NCBI GenBank assembly: GCA_963845185.1
Contig: CAWJRG010000010.1
Coordinates: 704,001 to 768,000, forward strand
Length of the DNA: 64,000 nucleotides
Origin: an uncultured bacterium
GTDB lineage: Bacteria; Oederibacteriota; PGYV01; CAWJRG01
Reading direction: 5' to 3'
A program made the translations under genes and the position numbers. This document shows positions 8,531-16,931 of the stretch, piece by piece. Numbering within the stretch: the stretch's first letter is position 1; every line of letters begins with the position of its first letter. The notes under the pieces are model-generated. The model had not been told where the DNA came from, ran no database searches, and saw nothing but the letters and a program-made list of their open reading frames with translations.

Positions 8531-10573
8531 TTATATCGCCAGCTGCGCTTTTAATTCCTCAATCTGGTTTATTATCTGACTTTGTTTTTCATCCTTGCAA
8601 ACAGGGCATTCTGCGTGCTCGCCCTGGATATAGCCGTGTACAGGACATACGCTGAATGTAGGTGTAAGCGTGTAATAAGGAAGAGAAAACTGCTCGGCTA
8701 TCTTCTTTACTATATTTTTTGTCGCGCCTATTGAATTCAGCCGTTCGCCCAGATATACATGCAGTACGGTTCCGCCGGTATATTTTGTCTGGATCTCATC
8801 CTGGTGCTGCAGCGCCCTGAAAATGTCTTTTGTGTAATAAACAGGCAGCTGGGTTGAATTGGTGTAATACGGTTCTTTTTTACCCATTGATATTATTTCA
8901 GGGTACTTCTCCTTGTCTATCTTTGCAAGCCTGTATGACGTTCCCTCGGCAGGCGTTGCTTCAAGGTTGTAAAGATGACCGGTCTGCTCCTGGTAGCTCA
9001 TCAATTTATTCCTCATGAATTCGAGTATTTCTATTGCCATTGTCCTTCCCTCGGGAGTTGTTATATCCTTGCCTATGAAATTTAAAAGCGCTTCATTTAC
9101 ACCGATGAGCCCTATAGTCGAAAAATGGTTTGCCCAGTAATTATCATGCCGCTTTTTTACCGGGCTTAAATAAAATTTGGAATAAGGATACAACCCCTGC
9201 TCGGTAAGCCTTTCAAGAATTTTTCTTTTTATTTCCAGGCTTTCCTTTGCCATTTCCATAAGGCTTGTGAGCTCCGAATAAAAAGCCTCTTTGTTGTTTT
9301 TAAATTTAAACCCAAGCCGTGGCATATTTATTGTTACGACACCGATTGAGCCTGTAAGCGGGTTTGAACCGAAAAGACCTCCGCCTCTCTTCACAAGTTC
9401 CCTATTGTCAAGGCGCAACCGGCAGCACATTGAACGCGCATCCTCGGGCTTCATGTCTGAATTCACGAAATTTGCAAAATACGGTATTCCGTATTTTGCA
9501 GTCATCTCCCACAATGCATCAAGTTCGGGATTCGACCAGTCAAAATCTTTTGTTATATTATATGTAGGTATCGGAAAAGTAAATATCCTGCCTTTTGCGT
9601 CACCTTCAAGCATTACTTCCGCAAAAGCCTTGTTTATCATGTACATCTCTTTCTGGCAGTCTCCGTATGTGATATTTTGCAGCTCGCCGCCGATTACAAC
9701 TGCTTCGTTTTTAAAAATTTCCGGCACGGTAAGGTCCATCGTGATATTGGTAAAAGGGGTCTGAAAGCCTACCCTTGTCGGTATATTCATATTAAAAAGG
9801 AACCTTCTCATTGCCCTTTTTACATCTTCATAAGAAAGTTCGTTGACTTTTATAAAAGGCGCGAGAAGCGTATCGAAATTCGAAAACGCCTGGGCGCCTG
9901 CCGCCTCGCCCTGAAGCGTGTAAAAAAAGTTCACTATCTGTCCCAGGGCAGACTCGAAATGCGACGGCGGCGCTGATTCTATCTTTCCTTCGACTCCGCC
10001 GAATCCCCGCAGAAGCAGGTCCTTTAAATCCCAGCCGCAACAGTAACCGGAAAGCAGCCCAAGATCATGGATATGGAAATCACCGTCGGCATGCGCTTTT
10101 TTGATTTCAGGAGGATAGATTTTATTAAGCCAGTAGTTTGATATTATAATCGATGACACATAATTGTTCAGGCCCTGAAGCGAGAAGCTCATGTTCGAAT
10201 TTTCTTTTATTCTCCAGTCAAGCTTCCTCAGGTAATCATCCACCATGGTTATTGAGTCCGAAAGAAGTGTTTTCACTTCCCTCATTTTGGCGTGCTGGTC
10301 GCGGTATAGAATATATAATTTTGCTATGCTGGTATATCCGTTATTTAGGAGGGTTGTTTCGACCAAATCCTGCACGTTTTCAACTGTAGGAACTTTGCCG
10401 TCTTTATATATTGCGTTGATTATCGATATTACCTGTGCTGAAACTTTTTCCGCCTTGTCTTTCTCATAATTGTTGTTTGCTTTAAACGCCTTAAAAACCG
10501 CCTCTGTAATTTTAGCCTCATCAAAAACAACAACTCTTCCGTCTCTTTTTCTAATATGTGAAACTTGTGCCAT
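8531..10573 (-). CDS. nrdD: Anaerobic (class III) ribonucleoside-triphosphate reductase lacking its glycyl-radical tail
   Basis: ATP cone (IRKRDGRVV.FD), HIHDL..YCC, MCCRL, TPAEG, CPVH..CPVC Zn site; no RIVGY motif. Confidence 0.93.
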   Translation of the reverse strand: MAQVSHIRKRDGRVVVFDEAKITEAVFKAFKANNNYEKDKAEKVSAQVISIINAIYKDGKVPTVENVQDLVETTLLNNGYTSIAKLYILYRDQHAKMREVKTLLSDSITMVDDYLRKLDWRIKENSNMSFSLQGLNNYVSSIIISNYWLNKIYPPEIKKAHADGDFHIHDLGLLSGYCCGWDLKDLLLRGFGGVEGKIESAPPSHFESALGQIVNFFYTLQGEAAGAQAFSNFDTLLAPFIKVNELSYEDVKRAMRRFLFNMNIPTRVGFQTPFTNITMDLTVPEIFKNEAVVIGGELQNITYGDCQKEMYMINKAFAEVMLEGDAKGRIFTFPIPTYNITKDFDWSNPELDALWEMTAKYGIPYFANFVNSDMKPEDARSMCCRLRLDNRELVKRGGGLFGSNPLTGSIGVVTINMPRLGFKFKNNKEAFYSELTSLMEMAKESLEIKRKILERLTEQGLYPYSKFYLSPVKKRHDNYWANHFSTIGLIGVNEALLNFIGKDITTPEGRTMAIEILEFMRNKLMSYQEQTGHLYNLEATPAEGTSYRLAKIDKEKYPEIISMGKKEPYYTNSTQLPVYYTKDIFRALQHQDEIQTKYTGGTVLHVYLGERLNSIGATKNIVKKIAEQFSLPYYTLTPTFSVCPVHGYIQGEHAECPVCKDEKQSQIINQIEELKAQLAI

Positions 10574-10617
10574 TTCTACGTCCCTCCCACTTAGCTTTTA
10601 ATTACTATTTGTTGCAT

Positions 10618-10646
10618 ATTGTAGGACAAAAACAAGGCTATGTCAA
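10618..10646 (-). promoter_or_regulatory. Sigma70 promoter for nrdD
   Basis: TTGACA-N17-TACAAT. Confidence 0.7.
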
Positions 10647-10653
10647 GAAAAAA

Positions 10654-10700
10654 ATCAATATATTGTTGATTGTAGACAGTGCATACACTATATGTTGTGT
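10654..10700. promoter_or_regulatory. Tandem NrdR boxes
   Basis: ATCAATATATTGTTGA (10654) and ACACTATATGTTGTGT (10685), 31 bp apart, upstream of nrdD. Confidence 0.75.
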
Positions 10701-10780
10701 TATATTATACAAAAAAGACCTATTTTTAGTATATTTTGCTATAATATATTGTATAAAACAGCATATTAAATAATTGTATA

Positions 10781-10796
10781 GCCCTATATGTTGTGT
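10781..10796. promoter_or_regulatory. Additional NrdR box
   Basis: GCCCTATATGTTGTGT. Confidence 0.65.
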
Positions 10797-11066
10797 TAAA
10801 AAGAGATTTTAATTTATGTCAAATTGTTAAAGTACAACTTTAATAAATCCTATTTTTTAAATAAATTAAATTTCTGATACAAATTAAGTTTTCTAATTTT
10901 TTGGGAAGATTATCACTAATTTAGTACATTTTTGTATAATTGAATAGCAGCTAAAATTATTTTTTGAATTTAAAATATCATTTTATTTTTCCCTTTTATG
11001 TTGTATTATATTTTTATCCGGCACAATAAAAAGTCATATCCGGAAAAAAATATAAGGATGCTATTT

Positions 11067-11672
11067 ATGCCAAACACTGAAGAATTGAAAAAAGAATATT
11101 TTTTCCTGCTTGAAAAAATCATCACTAAGCCCGGCGTAAAAGCACTGAGCGATTATCTTGTTAAAAATGGTTTTTTTACAGCGCCCGCTTCCACAAAATA
11201 CCATTTATGCGTGGAAGGCGGCCTTCTAGCGCATACCTTGCATGTTGCAAACCTTGCTCTTGAACTTAAAAAAATCCTTGCCCCTGATATTTCTGAAGAT
11301 TCGGTCATCCTGTGTTCCCTTTTTCACGATTGTCACAAGGCTACCGATGGTTTTTCCAACCCGACTTATTTAAAAAACGAATCACCACGTGAAACACAAA
11401 TGCAACCTTATTTATGGAACAAAGAACAGTTCAGTTTTTCAGGTGCGCAAAAAAGTCTGCTTATAGTTTCAGGTTTTATAAGCCTGTGTCAGGATGAGAT
11501 GCAGGCAATTGCCTATCATGACGGGCCATTTGTCCCCAGCTGGGAAGATATCAATGGGAATGTTTATCCTCTAACGTTTTTAATACACTTTGCCGACCTC
11601 TGGAGCAGTTGGGTTACTGAAAAAGGAAAAACTAAAATGAGGTTTGATAAATTCTTTCTACAGGATAAGTAG
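11067..11672 (+). CDS. HD-domain phosphohydrolase
   Basis: FFTAPASTKYH..GGLLAH, LFHDCHK, AIAYHDG, HFAD; start chosen from an AAGGA RBS. Confidence 0.85.
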   Translation: MPNTEELKKEYFFLLEKIITKPGVKALSDYLVKNGFFTAPASTKYHLCVEGGLLAHTLHVANLALELKKILAPDISEDSVILCSLFHDCHKATDGFSNPTYLKNESPRETQMQPYLWNKEQFSFSGAQKSLLIVSGFISLCQDEMQAIAYHDGPFVPSWEDINGNVYPLTFLIHFADLWSSWVTEKGKTKMRFDKFFLQDK

Positions 11673-11693
11673 AATCATTTGCTGATTGTATAT

Positions 11694-12440
11694 TTACTTC
11701 TCGTTTTTACCTGCCCATTTCCACTTTACATTTTTATTGTAATCTTTCAACTGATCTTTCAAAAAATTCATCTTTTCCTGACTGATAAACGGATCCGGCA
11801 TTTCTTCATCGGCTTTTTTTATGTAAAAAGTTGCCTCTCCTTCCCTCAATAACGTGTGGTATTCAATTATATCAGGTACCATGTCGTCAAACTGGTAAAA
11901 AATAAGATCCCAAGGCATTTTAATCGTAGTAAACTGCTGCTTGCTCCTTTTTAAATCTTTAGGATCAAACCCGTTGTAGACCAGTGTCAAAAACTTATCT
12001 TTATTTTTGTCGCTTTCTTTTCCATCATATGCCATTAGTACAACTTTTGGCGTTTCGCCGTTGAATAGTTCCCATGTAGTGAGATAAACAATAGGGGTTC
12101 TTGAGTAATCAAGCTCTATATTAATAAAATTGCTGACTTTTTCCCCTCCTTTTATTACATCTACTACCAAATGCTGGTTGTATATGCTGACTGCTTGCTT
12201 TTTTCCTTCCGGCATATGCCTGACTCTGTAAGGTATAATTAATTCGTCTCCCGGTTCTCCGTCTATATTTGCGTAAAGTATATAACCATTGGTTTCTGTT
12301 GTTCCTGGATCGTAAAATTCTACCGGTATTTCGTCTTTATCCGCATATTTTTTTGCTGTTTCAAGCTGGGTTTCATAACCAAGTGATAAAATAAAGCACG
12401 GCAGGAATATTGTCAATAAAGCTATAAAATATTTCTTCAT
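11694..12440 (-). CDS. Hypothetical secreted protein
   Basis: Signal peptide, AGGAG RBS, 248-aa ORF. Confidence 0.75.
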   Translation of the reverse strand: MKKYFIALLTIFLPCFILSLGYETQLETAKKYADKDEIPVEFYDPGTTETNGYILYANIDGEPGDELIIPYRVRHMPEGKKQAVSIYNQHLVVDVIKGGEKVSNFINIELDYSRTPIVYLTTWELFNGETPKVVLMAYDGKESDKNKDKFLTLVYNGFDPKDLKRSKQQFTTIKMPWDLIFYQFDDMVPDIIEYHTLLREGEATFYIKKADEEMPDPFISQEKMNFLKDQLKDYNKNVKWKWAGKNEK

Positions 12441-12501
12441 ATGCTAAAACTCCTTTTGTTAATATTTGTTATTATAATAAAATTCCTTTAGCATTTCAAG
12501 T

Positions 12502-14286
12502 TTAGTAATTAATATCCGCCCTTAGCATTATGGTTCTTCCCATTGCAGGTATTCCTATAATTTCTTCATAATAAGCATTGAAAATGTCTTCAACTTTTAG
12601 CGAAATTTCAAGCCAGTCAAGAATTTTCTTCGCTACGGTACAGTCAAAATTATTATACAAATCGCTCCTGTTGATATATTTTTTATATATATATTTTAAA
12701 TTAATATCCATACCCAATAAATTAAAATCCCCTCCCAGCACAAGCTTGTCTTTTAAGTATGTAATGCCGTATTTTGATTTATATTGTTCCGACTCGCTGG
12801 AGTCAAGATAAGTATACCCAGTCGAGAATTTCATGTTTCCAAAATCAACTGTCGCGTCAAGAGTATAGCCGGCCGTATTTATTTTGCCTATGTTTCTTAT
12901 CTGCCAGCCGTTCCTTGCAATGCCGTCGGAGCCGGTTACCATTCCAGCCGCCCAGTCAATTGCATCAAAATTAAACCTGTAAAACACGCTGTTTTTAATG
13001 GTCAAAATACCCAGGTTGCTCCCCAATCCCAGTCTCTCCTCATAACTTCTCTCGGGTTTTAATTCCGGATTCCCCAAATCATACTGGTCTTTATAATACA
13101 ACTCCGTGAAATTCGGGTACCTTACGGTATAACTGGAACCGATTGACATTTTAAGCAGGCTGTCAAATGAATACACCGCGCTTATTTCCGGTAAAAAATC
13201 ATAATTGCTGTAAATATCGTATTTCTCCAGGCTTAAATTTGCATCAACAAAAAGCTCGTCAGTAAAGTTAAAAACCCCGTTTGCAAGAAGCAGATTCTTG
13301 TCCCTGTAATGATCGCCGAGATTTGAACTTTGTACTTCTTCCCTCTGCAGGTTGTACTTAAATAAAAACATCTCGTTTTTATTTATGGTATAGGAATATT
13401 TTGCGTTTGCCCCGTATTCCGTCTCATTTGTCCTGTTGTTTTCACTAGGGTTGTTTTCAATCAATGTAAACTTGTCGCTGTGTGTCCTTAAATATGAATC
13501 GAATGATAAATCCTGCGTATTAAAAAATTTAAGGTCCATGTATTTTGTGTATATTTGTTCCCTTGATGCCAGATTCAAGCCTGGTGTGTAAAAATCATAC
13601 GCGCCATAGTCTTTATCGTTTAATCCGATATCCGCAATAAAATCATTTTTATAGTTTGCTTTAATGTAAGCTGTAAAAAAATTATAATCCGTATCGTTGT
13701 GAAATCCGGCGGATGAGCTTTTTTCAAATGTCCCAGATACCGCAGAGTCTCCAAGCCACTTTGCTGCGTTTATTGCCGTATCATAAGTATTGTACGAACC
13801 GTAAAACCCGCTTACTGCGACAGTATCCTTGGAATAGCCTTTAGTCTTGATGTCTACAAGCCCTGTAAACCCTCCGTCGCCGTAACTCACGCTCGCGCTA
13901 TTAATGACATTTATCTCGCTTATATCCATGATTGAAAGCGGCATATCCAAGCTGTAGTGCCCTGTCTGGCTGTCATTTACTTTTATGCCGTCAACAATTA
14001 TTGATACTTGCTCAAATGTTCCGGCGTTTGAGAAGAGATCGCTTTGAATCAAAGAAAACCCGCGGCTGACAACGTTGAAGCCGGATATACCGTTGATTAA
14101 ATCCCCAATACTCTGAACTTTCTCGTGTGCTATTTTTTCCTGGTTAAAATTATAGTCGTATAACTCTACCTTGTTTGCCTGTACGATAATTTCATCAGCG
14201 GCATGTTCCACGCTGAACATACAGAATAAAAAAATAAAAACAAAAAGAAACCTTTTGTTTTTCTTTTCACGCTTCTTAGGCTGCAT
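12502..14286 (-). CDS. TonB-dependent outer-membrane receptor (BtuB-like)
   Basis: Plug IIVDGIKVND; RYPNFTELYY..GNPELKPE; C-terminal DIFNAYY..GRTIMLRADINY. Confidence 0.88.
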   Translation of the reverse strand: MQPKKREKKNKRFLFVFIFLFCMFSVEHAADEIIVQANKVELYDYNFNQEKIAHEKVQSIGDLINGISGFNVVSRGFSLIQSDLFSNAGTFEQVSIIVDGIKVNDSQTGHYSLDMPLSIMDISEINVINSASVSYGDGGFTGLVDIKTKGYSKDTVAVSGFYGSYNTYDTAINAAKWLGDSAVSGTFEKSSSAGFHNDTDYNFFTAYIKANYKNDFIADIGLNDKDYGAYDFYTPGLNLASREQIYTKYMDLKFFNTQDLSFDSYLRTHSDKFTLIENNPSENNRTNETEYGANAKYSYTINKNEMFLFKYNLQREEVQSSNLGDHYRDKNLLLANGVFNFTDELFVDANLSLEKYDIYSNYDFLPEISAVYSFDSLLKMSIGSSYTVRYPNFTELYYKDQYDLGNPELKPERSYEERLGLGSNLGILTIKNSVFYRFNFDAIDWAAGMVTGSDGIARNGWQIRNIGKINTAGYTLDATVDFGNMKFSTGYTYLDSSESEQYKSKYGITYLKDKLVLGGDFNLLGMDINLKYIYKKYINRSDLYNNFDCTVAKKILDWLEISLKVEDIFNAYYEEIIGIPAMGRTIMLRADINY

Positions 14287-14291
14287 TAGCT

Positions 14292-15347
14292 TCACATCCT
14301 TCCAAGTTCTTTTGCGAAAGCAACCCAAAATGGATCAATCCTTGGATGTTCCAGTTTTTTTTCCATACCATCCTCGATTATATTGATTCCCCTGCTTTTT
14401 TCCATCACATCCCCCACAATTGATGCATGAATATTGTTTTGTTCTAACTTTTTAACTATATCATCTGCTTTGTCAGCTTTGGCTGTTATCAGTAATGTCC
14501 CTTCGCTGATTGAAGAATATGGATCCATATTAAATTGCTCGCATATTGCTCTCGTCTCCGGTAAAACTATTATCTTTTCTTTTTCTATGCGCATTCCTGT
14601 TTCTGATGCCTGTGCTATTTCATACAGCCCACCCCATATTCCGCACTCTGTGGCATCATGCATTGTCGTAACGCCTTTTTCGCGCACACCAACCGATGCT
14701 GCAATCAGCGCGTCGTCAACAACCGACATCTTGTAAAAAATCTCTTCCGCCTTTTTCGCAAAATCATTACCGAAAATATTTTTTATTTTCTCCTGAAAAG
14801 CAACTGCAAATATGCCTGTTGCTTCAATGGCAGCCCCCTTTGTTATTATTATTTTATCGCCCGGCTTTGCGTCCCTTGGGGTTATATATTTATCCTTGTC
14901 TCCTATTGCCATCACGGTCGCTCCGCCCACCATTGGATAATTGCATCCTTCGTATTTCGCCGTATGCCCGCTTATTATTGATATGCCCATTTTATCGCAT
15001 TCTCTGTTTATAACATTCCACATAGTGGTTAATTCCTGTTTTTTTATGGAAAGCGGCAAATTTAAATCTATGCACAAATAATTTGGTTTTAAACCTGAGG
15101 TCACTACATCCGACACAAGTATGTGTATGGCAAACCATGCCGCCCGTTCCCATCCGTATTCAGGAACAATAAAAACAGGATCGGTTGTTGTAGCCATGAC
15201 TTTCCCGCCTCCAAGGTCTATGACTCCTATATCAACCCCGTGCTGGGGCCCTACGAGGATCGATTTATCTTTTTTTCCCAGCTTTGTATAAATAAGCTCA
15301 TCAAATATCTCAGGCGAAATCTTTCCTATTTCCGGTAAATCAGCCAT
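14292..15347 (-). CDS. AIR synthase (PurM/HypE/ThiL superfamily)-related protein
   Basis: GPQHGVD, TTTDP, SGHT, MHDATECG motifs. Confidence 0.88.
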   Translation of the reverse strand: MADLPEIGKISPEIFDELIYTKLGKKDKSILVGPQHGVDIGVIDLGGGKVMATTTDPVFIVPEYGWERAAWFAIHILVSDVVTSGLKPNYLCIDLNLPLSIKKQELTTMWNVINRECDKMGISIISGHTAKYEGCNYPMVGGATVMAIGDKDKYITPRDAKPGDKIIITKGAAIEATGIFAVAFQEKIKNIFGNDFAKKAEEIFYKMSVVDDALIAASVGVREKGVTTMHDATECGIWGGLYEIAQASETGMRIEKEKIIVLPETRAICEQFNMDPYSSISEGTLLITAKADKADDIVKKLEQNNIHASIVGDVMEKSRGINIIEDGMEKKLEHPRIDPFWVAFAKELGRM

Positions 15348-15394
15348 GACAGCCTCCTGAAAATATGCAGGCCCTGTTTGAACCCTGCGTAATC

Positions 15395-15432
15395 AAAAAC
15401 AAAAACCTTCTGCCTGTCCGGCAAGAAGGTTT
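15395..15432 (-). terminator. Riboswitch expression-platform terminator
   Basis: AAACCTTCTTGCC..GGCAGAAGGTTTTTGTTTTT on the minus strand. Confidence 0.75.
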
Positions 15433-15461
15433 GATTTTCATTTTAAATCTTGCAATTTCAT

Positions 15462-15553
15462 TCTCTTCTTCCTGCGCCGGCATTGTCCGTATCAGGTTCA
15501 ATGGGTATAATCTCAGGTATTTTGGCCTTATCAGCTTCAAATACCACCCCGTT
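15462..15553 (-). ncRNA. TPP (THI-box) riboswitch
   Basis: Reverse complement GGGGTG...CTGAGATTATACCCATTGAACCTGATACGGACAATGCCGGCGCAGGAAG. Confidence 0.93.
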
Positions 15554-15605
15554 TTTATCATTTCTCTTTATATGTTTCTATTTATAATAAAAGGCAGTTT
15601 ATTTT

Positions 15606-16271
15606 TTACTTTGCACTCGGGTTTATAAATGACTTTTCGGAAACAACCTCGCCTTTTTTATTGTAAGTTTTTATCGTAACCAGGGCCCCCTCGTCATAAA
15701 TATGCTCTTCTTTCAAAGTCTTGCCGACATAGTATTTAACTATACCATCTATTATTTCGCCTTCCTTTATTATGGTACCATCTTCGTTATAAGTCCATTT
15801 CGCTATTTCCCTGCCCATTTTATAGAAAACTTCTATATTCCCTGTCTTTATGCTCACAATTTCTGCAAATATTTTATCTGACAAAAGCATGCCGTTCTCC
15901 GCATAGGTTTTCAGTCTTATCATCTGATCCGACCTGAAACGGCCTTCCTTCCATACATTACCCGATGGATAATATAGTTTATATGCTCCGTTTTTTTGTC
16001 CGCCGAGATATTTTTTTTCAACCATCAAAGCGCCGTTTTCATAATATTCCACAACATCCCCGTCCGGCACATCACCGTTAAGTTCGTACCTGATCAATAC
16101 ACCCTCTTTATTGACAACTTCAACTGCGTAAGTTTCCACATTATTTTTTGCGGTAAGCAGTCTTCCATCCTGGTAAAAATTGATTTTATAAGTCGTATTG
16201 CCCTCGTGGTCGGTACCGAGAATTATCGTTTTTTGAATCATTTGCACTTGCTTTTTTTCATTTTCTGCCAT
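15606..16271 (-). CDS. MORN-variant repeat protein (YwqK-like)
   Basis: EYYENG, YYPSGNVWKEG repeats. Confidence 0.7.
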   Translation of the reverse strand: MAENEKKQVQMIQKTIILGTDHEGNTTYKINFYQDGRLLTAKNNVETYAVEVVNKEGVLIRYELNGDVPDGDVVEYYENGALMVEKKYLGGQKNGAYKLYYPSGNVWKEGRFRSDQMIRLKTYAENGMLLSDKIFAEIVSIKTGNIEVFYKMGREIAKWTYNEDGTIIKEGEIIDGIVKYYVGKTLKEEHIYDEGALVTIKTYNKKGEVVSEKSFINPSAK

Positions 16272-16414
16272 AATAATCCCTCCTGTGACTGCTTTTTACC
16301 TTTAATTTATGCCAAAAAATTATATCATAGTTTTCCCCTGATTTCTATTAAAATTATGCATTTCGATAAAAATATGGTATACTTATTAAAGCGGAGGATA
16401 AATTGAAAATTTTT

Positions 16415-16442
16415 GGAACAAATTTGATTAAAAATTGTCTAA
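16415..16442 (+). promoter_or_regulatory. Putative ECF sigma promoter
   Basis: GGAAC-N17-GTCTAA about 40 nt before the 16482 start. Confidence 0.5.
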
Positions 16443-16481
16443 TAAGTAGGTAGTAAGTGTTAACAAAAGGAGGCGTTCGTT

Positions 16482-16931
16482 ATGAGAAAAAAAATAACAT
16501 TATTCATGGTTATATTGTTCATTTTATCTTGTTTTAGCGTTTATGCGGGAAACAAGGCATATAATTCCGCTGATTTTAAGGCTGAGATAAAGGATAAACG
16601 CGACAAATTTTATTTGCAAATTAAGGATAAATTTAATTTTAAGGATGCCGATATCAAGGCATTCAGGCAAAAAGGTTACAGCCCGTTTTTTAATTTTATC
16701 ATGCTTTCAATTGCGCACAAGGCAAATGCTCCGGCCGCGGATATAATAAAACTGCATGATGAAGGAAATACCTGGGACGAAATATGCAAGGCATTAAACA
16801 TAGATTATCCATCACTTATGGGTGATGTTGAAAAAAATATAAAAGCAAACAAAATACAATTTCCTGCGGCAACGGCTTCAGAGGGAAAAGCTGATTCGGT
16901 GCCTCCAAAGAAAACGGGGGTGCAAAAATGA
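16482..16931 (+). CDS. Hypothetical secreted helical protein
   Basis: AGGAGG RBS, signal peptide, G.TW.EI..ALNI motif. Confidence 0.8.
   Translation: MRKKITLFMVILFILSCFSVYAGNKAYNSADFKAEIKDKRDKFYLQIKDKFNFKDADIKAFRQKGYSPFFNFIMLSIAHKANAPAADIIKLHDEGNTWDEICKALNIDYPSLMGDVEKNIKANKIQFPAATASEGKADSVPPKKTGVQK

Noticed and set aside
15340..15628. Small ORFs overlapping the TPP leader
   Set aside because: The sequence is explained by the riboswitch and its terminator.
239..16271. YwqK-like proteins as toxin-antitoxin modules
   Set aside because: No adjacent toxin gene; MORN-variant repeat proteins commonly occur alone.
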